This document shows, one piece after another, positions 24,649-36,319 of a stretch of 64,000 nucleotides of DNA. A program made the position numbers and the translations under genes. The notes beneath the pieces are model-generated. The model had not been told where the DNA came from, searched no databases, and was given only the letters and a program-made list of their open reading frames with translations. Location of the stretch: the NCBI RefSeq assembly GCF_004010195.1, contig NC_057737.1:19876327-19940326 (forward strand), written 5' to 3'. The DNA is from Chiloscyllium plagiosum. Taxonomy: Eukaryota. Positions within the stretch are counted from its first letter, which is position 1, and each line of letters starts with the position of its first letter.

Positions 24649-25554
24649 TATTCACCTTGTTTACATATTATGTTCCCTCATGGCTCAGTCCGTCTGCTGG
24701 GGTTTTCTCCAACTCGTACAGAGGTTCTGTTTAGTGTTTTAAAATGTTTTAAAACTCCACAATCCCTGAAGACACTGCAACTCTGCCTAGTTTGAGGCAT
24801 ACAGAAGAAGGAGACTGAACTACTTTCACTGATCACACCACTGGCAGTCGTAATGATGACAGTGCAGTTTATTATACCACCCCCTGGTTTCAGGAAGGAA
24901 AAAGTTGGACAGGGTTCCCACTCCCCACTGTAGTCCAGAGGCAGTAATGGAAAATTATGTATGTGAGATGAGAAAATGACCACATTCGTGTAATGTACCA
25001 GAACGTTGAAAGAAAGATCAGCATTAACTGCCAAGACTAACATGTGAAGTGTTGTAGCCACAAAATAACTTTGAAAACTTAAGGGAGATTGCACCTTTGG
25101 GGGGAGGTGCATCATAAAACAATCGAAAGATTGACCTCTTCAGGCTGATTGCCCATAAAGACCTAACTGGCTGTAGATATTTTCCGAATCCACCTGTTTA
25201 GAGATGTTACTGACACCCCTGTCAAGCGGGTGGAATTTGAATCTGTGTTGCTGGTCCAGAGCTATGAACACTACCACCAAGTTATTAGAGCCCTCCTACT
25301 GGCTGAAGCATACTTGCAATGTTTCAGCCAATTCAAAACCAGTTTATTTTCATGTGGTCCCCACCTTTAAATTATATGATTGGTTCCGTGAGATCAAAGG
25401 AATGGTTAAATGAGGAGCTTAAATTTTAATGACTGTAAAATATCAGGTCTAATGCAGATATAGATTTGAAGATAAAATAGTAAAAAGAGGTATTTAAGAA
25501 TGAGAGAAAGGATTTAAATTTGTGCACTGAATTCTTCATTCCAGACGTTCAGGC

Positions 25555-25990
25555 AAAATATGAAAAGCTTAACGTGTGAGGAACGTTTGAGGACTCTGGG
25601 GCTATATTCAATGGAGTTTAGAAGGATGAGAGGGGATCTGACTGAAACATACAGAATACTGAATGGCCTGGACAGAGTAGATGTTGGGAAGATGTTTCCA
25701 TTGATAGAAGAGATGAGGACCCAAGGCACAGCCTTAGAGTAAAGGGAAGACCTTTTAGAACAGAGGTAAGGAGAAATTGGTGAATGTATGGAATTCAATG
25801 CCACAGAAGGTTGTGGAAGCCAGGCCAATGAGTACATTTAAGGTGGAGATAGATAGGTTCTTGATTATCAATGGGATTAAGAGTTATGGGGTGGAAGTGG
25901 GAGAATGGGGTTGAGAAACTTAGCCATGATTGAATGGTGGATCAGGCTGAATGGCCTAATTGCTTCTCCTGTGTCTTATGATCTTATGGT
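25555..25990 (+). mobile_element. CR1 3' fragment
   Basis: MKSLTCEERLRTLGLYSMEFRRMRGDLTETYRILNGLDRVD plus 3' UTR. Confidence 0.85.
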
Positions 25991-26841
25991 TAATAATGTT
26001 ATTTCTGACATATGAACTGCTTCATCACTGTCATTAATTAAATTTGCTGAGCAAGCTGAAAGTCATGGGAATGCAAAGACAATGTGAGGAATGGATAAAA
26101 GTTACAGAAGATCACATTGCTCAGAAAAGTGAGATGTTTGATTACAAGAGGAATGGAGTCGAACAATGCTTACATATGCGCTTCGGATTCTGAGACCAAA
26201 TGTTTGAACAGTGCTGAGAGAGAGGAAACAAATACTATTATTGCACTTAGAAGTTTCCAGAGGAGTTTTGATCACTTCTGCAGACAGGCAAGCAACCGTA
26301 GCTAACAATTTCTGATTATGTGCCGGTGGTGAAGCTCCTGACTGACCAGGATTTATCCATGAGGAAAGTAGTGACTGTACAGTGGCATTTTACTGCAGTG
26401 TGAATCCACGAGGATCATCTCCACAATCCTGACAGGGGTTTACATCCAAGCAGTAGTGAATTGTGCACTTGACAAAGTATACAATGCTACAAGCAGTAAG
26501 GAGACAGAATACCCTGAGGCCTTGTTCATCGTAGTCGGTGACCTCAGCAGGCCAACCTCAAGAATGTGTTACCAGATATCGTCAACACATCTCCTGCCCC
26601 ACTAGAGTCCCAAATGTCCTTGGCCATTGCTATACAAACATAAAAGATGCTTAACCGCTGCAATCCCATCCACATTTTGGAAAATCAGATAATGACGCTG
26701 TGCTCCTCCTCCTGGCTCACAGAAATTGAACAATGAGGACACAGTACAGGATGTGTTTGTCTGAGACAGCGAAAGAGCTGTGCAAAGTTAAAAATCACAC
26801 AACACCAGGTTATAGTCCAACAGGTTTAATTGGAAGCACAC

Positions 26842-26870
26842 TAGCTTTCGGAGCGACGCTCCTTCATCAG
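26842..26870 (-). ncRNA. Minimal hammerhead motif (intact)
   Basis: rc CTGATGA A GGAGC GTC GCTCC GAAAGCTA, with CAC/GTG stem I. Confidence 0.78.
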
Positions 26871-26883
26871 GTGATTGAATCAC

Positions 26884-26912
26884 CTGATGAAGGAGCGTCA
26901 CTCCGAAAGCTA
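26884..26912 (+). ncRNA. Minimal hammerhead motif (core intact, one stem II mismatch)
   Basis: CTGATGA A GGAG CGTCA CTCC GAAAGCTA. Confidence 0.72.
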
Positions 26913-28061
26913 GTGTGCTTCCAATTAAACCTGTTGGACTATAACCTGGTGTTGTGTGATTTTTAACTTTGTACACCCCAGTCCAACACCGGAATCTCCG
27001 AATAAGGGCTGTGGGACTGCTTAGAGCAGGTGAACTGTTCCATATTCATGAACTCAGCAGCCAACCTAAACAAGTTTGTCACTACTGTTACAGACATTAT
27101 TAGTAAGTGTGTAGAAGGCTGTGTGCCGAAGAAGTAAGTCCGAATGCTTCCCTAACAGAAACCATGGATGAGGCAGGAATGAAGTCCAGGTCTGAGGTGT
27201 ACATGTCGGGTAACCCTGACCTTTACAAGAAATCAAGGTACGACCTTTGTAAGGCCATCAGAGACGCCAAGGGGCAATACCATACTAAGCTGAAGACCCA
27301 GACCAAAAATACAGACACCTGTCGTTATTGGCAAGGCTTATACAACATGATGGGATACAAATCCAAATCGAACAGAATTGCAGGCAAAAGTACATCCCTA
27401 CAAAATGAGCTGAATGCAATCTACACTTGCTTTGAACAGAAGGTCAGTGAAACAATGTCACCTATCCCATCAGCCTCGGCTGCACCTGTACCCACGGTCA
27501 ACACCACAGACGTTCGATCAGCCTTCTTGTGGATGAGCTCAGTGACTGACCCAAATGGAGACCCCAGATCCTGTGTATGCCAGCTGCTTGGAGTATTCGC
27601 AGAAATTTTTAATCTCTCCTTACTACGATATGAAGTCCCTACCTGTTTCAAGAAAACTACCATCATCCCAGTGCCAAAGAAAAATCATGCCTCAATGACT
27701 ACTGCCTGATGGCTCTGACCTCCATAATTAGGAAATGCTGCGAGAGGTTAGTCATGGCTCACACCAACTCCAGCCTACCAAATTGCCTTGATATTTTGCA
27801 AATCGCCTACTGGTGTAACAGATCATAGCAGATGCCATTTCCCTGGCTCTACACCCATCTCTGGAATGTCTGACTAACCTGCACCAAGCTCCTCCTAAAT
27901 GACAGTAGTCCCACCATCAACACCATAATGCCAAACAAACCCACCTTAACAAATTCCTTAACAATTCCAAACAAACCCACTTTAAGACCTAGGTCTCGGC
28001 ACCCCCCCTCAGTAACTGAATCATTGACTTCCTGACCCATAAAATGCAATCAGTAGGAATG

Positions 28062-28621
28062 GGTCAGAAGTCGCACGACACCAGATTATAATCCACCAGG
28101 GTTTATTTGAAATCACAAGCTTTTGGAATGCTGCTGCTTCGTCAGGTACAGTGAAGAGAAGCAGAAGGCACATAATTTATAGGCAGAGAGATAAAAAACA
28201 TCATACAAACGTTGTGAGTGGAGTATTAACAGGCTGAATAATACGTCTCTGCAAGTGATCAAAAGTGTCAGACGGTGTGAGTAAAGTGTCAACAGCTGAA
28301 TAGCAAGTGAAGGGATAACCTAGAATCCGATTAATTGAGGCAGAGAGATAATCACAACAAAAATTAGAATTAAGATGGTGCTGGAAACAAACCAAATGGC
28401 TGGAGTAACATGATAGATATAAGAGTCACATGCTGAGGGTCTAACCAAAGTAACAAGTAATCCAAAGACATACAAACTAATTAAGGTGGAGAGATCATAA
28501 CAAGTAATCAACATGATGATGTCAACACAGACAGTAAGGAAGATTTTACAAATTCAGAACAGTATGGTGAGGTTACATGTAGCACAACATGAACCCAAGA
28601 TCACGGTTGAGTCCATCTTCA
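28062..28621 (-). mobile_element. Neptune-type PLE 3' fragment
   Basis: rc begins EDGLNRDLGFM (GIY-YIG C-terminus) and ends in a terminal repeat related to 26783-27003, with a decayed hammerhead (28117-28145, CTGACGA...AAAAGCTT). Confidence 0.7.
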
Positions 28622-29459
28622 CCGGCTGCATATTACAACTTTTAGAGAGTCAGGGGGCAGAGGTGGGCATAGTGGCCGTCACTAAGGAGAAGATGCTGGG
28701 GAAGCCAAGAGGTCTAAAGGTGGATAAATCATACAGACCAGGTGGATTACCTCCAGGGATCTGAAGGAGGTAGCTGAGAAAACTGTAGAGGCATTTGGTG
28801 GTGATCTTTCAAGAGGAATTAGAGTCTGGGAGGATCCTAAAAGATTGGAAAATGGCTGATATTATGACCCTGATCAAGAAGAAGGGAGGAAGGTAGAAGA
28901 CAGGAAGCTATCGGCTAGTTAGTCTGACCTCTGTCGTTGGTAAGATTTTGTCGTCCATTATTAAGGATGACATCGTGGAGTACTTAGAAGTGCTTGGTAA
29001 AATAGAGTTGAGTCAGCACAGTTTTGTCAAGGAGAGGACATGCCTGACAAATCTGTTAGAATTCTTTGAGGAGGTAACAAGCAAATTAGACAAAGGAGAG
29101 CCTGTGGACATGATTCTATTTGAATTTCAGAAGGCCTTTGACAAGATGCTGCACAGGAGGCTGCTAAATAAGAACCCATGGTATTAGGAACAAGGTACTG
29201 GCAGGGATAGAGGATTGGCTGACTGGCAGAAGACAGAGAGTGTCAATAAAGGGGTCTTTCACAGCTGGTTACAATTGGAGTTGTGCAGGGGTCCGTGTTG
29301 GGACCACAATTATTCACATTATATATTAATGATCTGGAAAAATGAACTGAGGGCATTGTTGCTAAGTTTGCAGTTGATGCAAAAACAAGTGGAGGGACAG
29401 GTAGTGTTGAGAAAGTGGGGAGGCTGCAGAATGACTTGGACAGGCTCAGAGAGTGGACA

Positions 29460-29671
29460 GAGATGGAAATGTGTTGCTGGAAATGCGCAGCAGGTCAGGC
29501 AGCATCCAGGGAACAGGAGAATCGACGTTTCGGGCATTAGCCCTTCTTCAGGAAAGGGCTAATGCCCGAAACGTCGATTCTCCTGTTCCCTGGATGCTGC
29601 CTGACCTGCTGCGCTTTTCCAGCAACACATTTCCATCTCTGATCTCCAGCATCTGCAGACCTCACTTTCTC
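29460..29671 (+). mobile_element. Palindromic PLE terminal element (young)
   Basis: 88-bp arms (29458-29545, 29554-29641), 1 mismatch, 30-nt tail. Perfect 15-bp TSD CTCAGAGAGTGGACA (29445-29459, 29672-29686). Confidence 0.9.
29524..29551 (-). ncRNA. Minimal hammerhead motif (intact core)
   Basis: rc CTGAAGA A GGGC TAAT GCCC GAAACGTC; the + strand mirror lacks the CTGA. Confidence 0.75.
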
Positions 29672-29754
29672 CTCAGAGAGTGGACAAAGAAGTAGCAGAT
29701 GGAACACAATGTGTCGAAAGTATGAGGTTATGCACTTTGGTAAGAACAATACAC

Positions 29755-29933
29755 GATTAGATTAGATTCCCTACAGTATGGAAACAGGCCCTTCGGCCCA
29801 ACAAGTCCACACCGATCCTCTGAAGAGTAACCCACCCAGAGCCATTCCCCTATCCTATATTTACCCCTGACTAACGTACCTAACACTATGGGCAATTTAG
29901 CATGGCCAATTCACCTGACTAGCACATCTTTGG
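29755..29933 (-). mobile_element. 5'-truncated HE1 SINE
   Basis: (GATTA)n tail and partial V-domain, nested in CR1. Confidence 0.8.
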
Positions 29934-30673
29934 ATAAGTGTAGATTATTTTCCAAATGGGAAAGGCTTTGGAAATCAAAACTACAAAAGGAGTTGGCACT
30001 TCTCAAAAAGTTAGCATGTAGTTGGTAATTAGGAAAGCAAATGCAATGCTAGCATTCATTTCAAGAGGGCTAGCATACAAGAGCAAGGTTATATTGCTGA
30101 GGTTGTATAAATCATTTAGAATATTGACAGTAGTTTTGTGCCCCATATCTAAGGGATGTGCTGGCATTGAATGAGGTTCAGAGGAGTTTAACAAGGAAGG
30201 TCCTAGTGATGAAGAGCTTGTCATATGAAGAGTGGCTGAGGTCTCTGCATCTATATTTGATGGAGTTTAAAATGATGAGGGGGATCTGATTGTAACTTAC
30301 AGAATACTGAAAAGTCCTGATTGAGTGGGTGTGAAGAAGATGTTTCCACTAGCAGGAGATACTAGTACCTCAGGGCACAGCCGAGAGAACTCTTTAGAAC
30401 TAAGATGGGAGAAATTTCTTTGACCAGAGGTTGGTGAATCTGTGGAACTCACAGCTGCTGTGCAGGTCAAGTAATTGAGTATATTTAAGACAAATGTATA
30501 TATGCTGTTAATTAGTAAGAGGGTCAAGGGTTACAGGCAGAAAGCAGAAGAATGGGGTTGAGGAACATATTAACCATGATCAATTGGTGGAGCACACTCA
30601 ATGGACCAAATGGCTTAATTCTGCTCCAATATCTTATACTTTTATGAAGTAGAGTCAGACAATTCTTGTCAAT

Positions 30674-30897
30674 GAGGAGAAAGTGAGGTCTGCAGATGCT
30701 GGAGATCAGAGCTGAAAATGTGTTGCTGGAAAGGCGCAGCAGGTCAGGCAGCATCCAGGGAACAGGAGAATCGACGTTTCAGGCACAAGCCCTTCTTCAG
30801 GAATGAGGAAAGTGAAGAAGGGCTTATGCCCGAAACGTCGATTCTCCTGTTCCCTGGATGCTGCCTGACCTGCTGCACTATTCCAGCAACACATTTT
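30674..30897 (-). mobile_element. Palindromic PLE terminal element
   Basis: Same family as 29460-29671 in opposite orientation; 39-nt tail on the left. Perfect 14-bp TSD CAATTCTTGTCAAT (30660-30673, 30898-30911). Confidence 0.9.
30773..30800 (-). ncRNA. Minimal hammerhead motif (intact core)
   Basis: rc CTGAAGA A GGGC TTGT GCCT GAAACGTC; the + mirror at 30812-30839 starts GTGAAGA (C3 lost). Confidence 0.72.
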
Positions 30898-31554
30898 CAA
30901 TTCTTGTCAATATATTGTTGGCATTGGCTGGAGATTGTCAACATTAAAATGAGATAGAGCAATTGGAAAGTTAATAAAATTGTGAGATTCTTAGGCAGTG
31001 CTTATATAGAGTGCTAATAAAATTACACTGTTCAGATCACACTTTTAAGTGCAGTTGTGCAAACACTAAAGAAGATGCAGAGACACTTTCAAGGGAAATG
31101 TGTAAGGTAAATCAAATGCTGACTTCAAAGCCTGGAAAGAAGATGATTAAATTATTTAACACAATAAATAGCTTGCGTGTGTTAAATCCTCAACATTACT
31201 TCAGATGAAAATGGGTTGTAGGTTCAGAGAAAATAAGAGTGAAACAGTGAATAGTAAAGTTATAGCTGGACGTCAGAAAGAATTTCTTCTCATACTAAGA
31301 AGATAAAATGTCTAAAATTACCTTCCAGACAGAATAGAAACGGGAGGTAGAATTAAAATATTCATGGGAGAACATTTCTGCAGCTTAGCCAGAGTTTGGT
31401 CTTAACCTTTGTTGTTTAATGGAGTGAAACATCCATTTTACGGACGTATGATGCAAAGTTCCCAGGTTTTGATGCTCTGTATTTGGTGCAAAAATATGTT
31501 GAGTGTGAATGAAAACAATTACAAAGTCAATGTTTAAAAAAAAAGTGTAGCCTT

Positions 31555-32000
31555 AGAAACACATGGCAGGTGAGTCAGCCCTTACAGAAACAATTGATGT
31601 CTGAAGTATCGTCAGAATTGGAAAGAATAAGTAACAGAAATATATTAATATGTTCAGAAAAAGAAGACATAGAGAGAAACAGCCATAAGCAGAGAGGTGC
31701 TGTTAGTAGAGGTACTGCTTCATGAGGTAACAAATAATAGGAAGTGGTAATAAAGAAACAAAGAGCCTGCAGATAGCTAGGGTGGTGTCTGGCCAAAGGA
31801 AAATGGGAGAAACTAATAAAGAAAATGTGCAAAGAAGGTCACAGATTGAGGGAACACCTTAACTATTCTGCCAGAGAAGGTGACCCGAAGTTCCACTTGG
31901 CTTGCCACTTTTGCACCCTCTCCTTTTCTCAGTCTGACTTCTGGATCTTTGCTCAGATTGTTCTATTAAAGCTTCAGTAATAGCACCAGCATTTTCTCCA
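31555..32000. mobile_element. Very decayed PLE remnant (inverted terminus plus GIY-YIG fragment)
   Basis: + strand RLREHL...LACHF-like segment at ~31845-31910; left part resembles a reversed PLE terminus. Confidence 0.35.
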
Positions 32001-32309
32001 AGACACTATCTTTCTCTAATCTGAAAAACGGAATAAATATTCAATCTGTCATTTCCTTTACAACAGAAGCTGTGGTGAGGTAAAGGTGCAGCTCTTAATG
32101 TCCTGGAGAGCAGGTGCATATGCAAGAAGAGACCATCCCTTTCCCATGACACTAACCTACTGCAGTGTGAGCAGATGTTACACTGTATGTAAAACTTTTC
32201 CTTCAGCATCTACCGTCAGAAAAGGCGTCCATTTTAGGGTCTGTTTTGAGTCTAAAGAGACACACAGCTACCTCTTCATCTGTTTAATGAAACATTAAAG
32301 AAAATGTAA

Positions 32310-32440
32310 CTCCTTTGTGCACAAATTGTCTGCCAGATTTCCTACATTACAGTTATGTATATGCTCCAAGAGTATTTCATTGATTCTATAGCACTGCACG
32401 TGGTCCAGAAAAACTGTATAAAAATGTAAAACCATCTTCA
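32310..32440 (+). mobile_element. Deu-domain SINE 3' fragment
   Basis: TGTGCACAAATTGTCTGCC..TTTCCTACATTACA...GTATTTCATTG. Confidence 0.5.
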
Positions 32441-32679
32441 TCTGTCTCCTCTGGTTAGGTATTGCTTTGGAACTGATGGTCCCCCTGTATGTTGGCAGAA
32501 TCTTCTTTTTAAATGTCAAGTTTGAGACATAGTTTTTTTTATATTTCCAATCTTTCTTGCTTAGATTTCTTAGCTTTGTTCACCTTGATCACTCCTGTTT
32601 CTCTTGGATCTTTTAGCGTCTTTAATTTCTTCAGTTATCCTTTGTATCATCTGACTGATACAATTAGTTTCACTTCAAA

Positions 32680-33010
32680 GCAAAAAATCTGAAATAAAAA
32701 TAAATAACAGTGACGTACAAAAGGTATGGCAGAAGAGAGAAACAGAGTTAACATTTCGATTTTGAAAGGATTCTTCTTCAGACTGTCTACTAATTGTTTA
32801 ACAAATAACTCTTCTCTGCATTTGTTTCTTTTTTAGATTTTCCCTCCTCTCACCTTTTTTTTAATCATATTCTACTGATGTCATATCCATCTTTGAAGAA
32901 TTATAAAATCAAATTGTTGACTTCACCTCACAGACAATGACAAGCCTATTCTATGTGGAGCCAATTTGCTCTCTTCTTATTTGCAGCACTTGCAGTATTT
33001 TACTTTTCAT
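32680..33010. mobile_element. Old tail-out PLE terminal pair with decayed hammerhead (32750-32781, -)
   Basis: rc CTGAAGAAGAATC...TCGAAATGTT on the left; right end ATTTGCAGCACTTGCAGTATTTTACTTT resembles PLE termini. Confidence 0.45.
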
Positions 33011-34170
33011 TAACCTTTCTTGGGTTGTGAATGTGCTTGATATCGAACAGAAGGAGATTGTTGTCAATAGGCTGTGCAGAGAGTTGATAGGATTTTTTGC
33101 CTGCAGATAATTGAGTTCCCACCATTTTAGGATTTATTTTAGCAGCATTATCATTCAGCTGAATATGGTTAGCCATGTCTGACTACGGATCCCGATTTTA
33201 ACCCATGCTCAGTCAGGAATCCTGATTTCAATTTAATAGTTGATCAAATACCTTGACTTTATCCAATGGTTAACCAGGGTGCTCTAAGAATTCAGAATGA
33301 ACAGAAATGAATCTATATTGTGAGCAGTGAAAGAATTGCTCCGTGTTATTGACCCTGTGTACAAAGGATAATTTCACCTCCAGCATTGTCAATGGTGATG
33401 TTGTGGCGAATAATCACCGGTATATGATTCTAGGAGACTCCCAACAAAAATCCAGAATGGTTGGATACCATAATTGAGTAATCAATTCACATCATATAGT
33501 CATTCAAATTCTAAACACTTGACTTCACAATTGGCCTGGCACACATATGAAGGAAGAATTGTGTGTCCAACTACCTGGGCAGTAATTCTGCTGTCCCCTT
33601 CCCTGGTAAAAAGAAAGTTTGTGCTCATGTAAAATGCGTGATGTGCAAACTGCCTGGTGCAAGAATTTAAATCTGTGTGGTATAAACCTTCAAGATTGGA
33701 TTCAGTTTGAGCGATTCTGATTGACTGTAGTTTCTGGAGTTAGCATATACTGGTAAATGCAATTTTTAGTCTCTCTATTGAAGATTTAAACTAAATAACT
33801 ATAAACTGCATTGATGAATGTGGACAATATTGTATAAAGTAACAATTATTAAAGTTTTACTGTTGTAGACTGCTAGTGATACTATATAGCCTTGAGTGGA
33901 GAAAGAACAATGTCACTCTAGCTCCCAGTAGTGCTAGACCTATCATCTCTGAATCCAGATAGTCTTGCAAGTTATCTTTAACTAGTCAATATAATTTGTT
34001 ATCATACAGCAAACTAATATTTATTATGGCAAGTGTTTCTTTTTGTGTTAAGACTCACTAGTGGTTCATTCTCTACCAATGTTAAATGATCCCTTACACT
34101 CAAAACAGGGAGGATATTGGTGTTTGCACTTAAGGTAACTACAAGATGTGAGTTGTTGGTTCCACAAAGT

Positions 34171-34388
34171 TGTAGTGATTGTAATAAGGTCATCCACAAT
34201 TTGAGTTCTCTGACTGGGGCTGTTAATCTGGTCCATTTAAGGAGCCCTGGCTGACCGTTAAGAACAGGAGTGTCAGACATCCCATTCACTCAGAGCTGGC
34301 TCTGAGGGTGCTGGATCAGTGACAAGGACTCTCCATGTGTAAATAAAGGGTGACTTAGCGGAGGACCAACATCTATCGAGTTATTTTA
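34171..34388 (+). mobile_element. Short solo LTR
   Basis: Starts TGTAG, internal AATAAA, 4-bp TSD AAGT (34167-34170, 34389-34392); homolog at 15325-15546. Confidence 0.65.
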
Positions 34389-34514
34389 AAGTTAGGTGAA
34401 ATAATTGTTGAAATTGAATTATGTGTGAGCCTTGAGATGTCAGAAAGTATCTTGAGTAAGACTTGTGCGTAGTTAGAGTCAGCTTGGCTATGGTACTGAA
34501 TTATAGCCAGCATT

Positions 34515-36068
34515 AGTGAGTTTTGAGAAGATTTGTAGCTCAGGTTGAGGTTCTGGATGTAGGTTTCTTTGCTGAGCTAGAAGGTTCATTTTCAGATATT
34601 TTGTCACCATACTAGGTAACGTCATCAGTGAGCCTCCAGATGAAGCCCTGGTGGTATGGCCTGCTTTCTATTTATGTACTTAGGTTTCCTTGGATTGGTA
34701 ATGTCATTTCTGGTGGTGACATCATTTTCTGTAGTGATGTCAATTCCTGTCCTTTTTCTCAGGGGATGGTAAATAGGATCCAAGTCAATGTGTTTGTTGA
34801 TAGAGTTCCGGTTGGAATGCCATGCTTCTTGGAATTCTCGTGCAAGTCACTGTTTGGCTTGTCCTAGTATAGATGTGCTGTCCCAGTCGAAGTGGTGTCC
34901 TTCCTCATCTGTATGTAAGGATACTAGTGAGAGGGAATTGTGTCTTTCTGTGGCTAGTTGATGTTCATGTACCCTGGTGGCTAGTTTTCTGCCTGTTTGT
35001 CCAATGTAGTGATTGTTACAGGTCTTACAAGATATTTTGTAAATAACATTAGTTTTGCTTGTTGTCTGTATGGGGTCTTTCAAGTTCATTAGCTGCTGTT
35101 TTAGTGTGTTGGTGGGTTTGTGGGCTGCCATGATGTCAAGAGGTCTGAGTAATCTGGCAGTCATTTCTGAGATGTCTTTGATGTAGGGGAGAGTGGCTAG
35201 GGTTTCTGGACGTGTTTTGTCTGCTTGTTTGGGTTTGTGCTGGGAAATCTGTGGGGGACTGTGTTCACTGGGTATCTGTTCTTCTTGAATACACTGTTTT
35301 ATGCTCTTCATAGTTTCTCTGTGCAGCAGGTGGCTCTTTGAAATAATCTTCTAATGCAGCTTCATTTATAGGTCTTGGGATGATTGCTTCTGTAGTTCAG
35401 TATTTGGTCTGTAGGTGTTGTTTTCCTGTAGATACTGGTTTGAAGTTCCCCATTGGCTGTTTGCTCTACTGTGACATCTAGGAATGGCAGTTTGTTGTTA
35501 TTTTCCTCCTCTTTAGTGAAGTATTCCACAAACCCACCAACACACTAAAACAGCAGCTAATGAACTTGAAAGAGCCCATATAGACGACAAGCAAAACTAT
35601 TGTCATTTACAAAATACCTTATAAGACCTGTAACAATCACTACATTGGACAAACAGGCAGAAAACTAGCCACCAGGATACATGAACATCAACTAGCCACA
35701 AAAAGGCACGATCCATTCTCACTAGTATCCTTACATACAGCTGAGGAAGGACACCACTTCAATTGGGACAACACATCCATCCTAGGACAAGTCAAACAGA
35801 GACACGCACGAGAATTCCAAGAGGCACGTTATTCCAACTGGAACTCTATCAACAAACATGGATCCCATTTACCATCCCCTGAGAAAAAGAACAGGAAATG
35901 AAATCATGACAGGAAATGACATCACCAACCCAAGGCAATCTAAACACGTAAATAAAAAGTGGATCGTACCACAAGTGCTTCATTTGGAGGCTCAATAATG
36001 ATGTTACCAAATATGGTGACGAAACATCTGAAAACAAACCATCCAGCTCAGCGAGCAAACCTACATTC
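34515..36068 (-). mobile_element. Penelope/Poseidon-type PLE, 5'-truncated, with inverted duplicate of the GIY-YIG/terminal region
   Basis: Minus arm 34515-35520: RT C-terminus (EEENNNKLPFLDV...TSIYRK...QILNYRSNHP) and GIY-YIG (VIYKISCKTCNNHYIGQTGRKLATRVHEH...SINKHIDLDPIY). Plus arm 35526-36068 repeats the GIY-YIG and terminus. 12-bp TSD ATAGCCAGCATT (34503-34514, 36069-36080). Decayed hammerheads at 34595-34628(-) and 35995-36028(+). Confidence 0.92.
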
Positions 36069-36109
36069 ATAGCCAGCATTGTATACTCTAAGACAAAGAC
36101 AGATGGTCC

Positions 36110-36300
36110 TAGAGAAATGTGGCTAGTCTGGCAGCATATGTAGAGAGAAAATTTTTGAGTCCTGTGACCCTTTGTCAGAACTGTTCTGAAGAAGGGTCAC
36201 TGAACTTGAAACATTAACTCGGTTTATTCTGTCTATAGGTCTGCTTAGGTTCTCCATCATTTTTGCTTTGTTTTAGATTTCCAGCATCATTTCTTTGTTT
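36110..36300 (+). mobile_element. Older palindromic PLE terminal element with two decayed hammerheads
   Basis: Centre CAGAAC-T-GTTCTG at 36182; + CTGAAGAAGGGTCACTGAACTTGAAACATT (36186-36215); - CTGACAAAGGGTCACAGGACTCAAAA. Confidence 0.6.
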
Positions 36301-36319
36301 TGCTAATATAATCTAAAAT

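Larger units (their letters stand above)
26783..27003 (+). mobile_element. Palindromic PLE terminal element with two divergent hammerheads
   Basis: 94-bp arms (26783-26876, 26878-26971), 1 mismatch, 1-nt loop, one-sided tail to ~27003. TSD AAG(A/G)GCTGTG (26773-26782, 27004-27013). Confidence 0.88.
26290..28060 (+). mobile_element. Rex1/Babar-type LINE fragment (APE C-terminus, linker, RT N-terminus)
   Basis: [62 protein letters not shown]...QSV motifs; interrupted at 26783-27003. Confidence 0.75.
28630..30645 (+). mobile_element. Decayed CR1 ORF2 (RT to 3' UTR) with nested PLE and HE1
   Basis: SQHSFVKERTCLTNLLEFFEEVTSKLDKGEPVD..FQKAFDK motif; insertions at 29460-29671 and 29755-29933. Confidence 0.85.

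Noticed and set aside
26733-26976. Mirror-image ORFs (KVKNHTTPGYSPTGLIGSTLAFG...) on both strands; similar ones at 29453-29749, 30706-30957 and 1695-2275
   Set aside because: Artefacts of the palindromic PLE termini, not proteins.
29458-29641. Interpreting the palindromes as MITEs or DNA transposons with terminal inverted repeats
   Set aside because: TSDs are long and variable (10-16 bp), one arm has an extra tail, centres differ between copies, and longer copies run into PLE GIY-YIG sequence.
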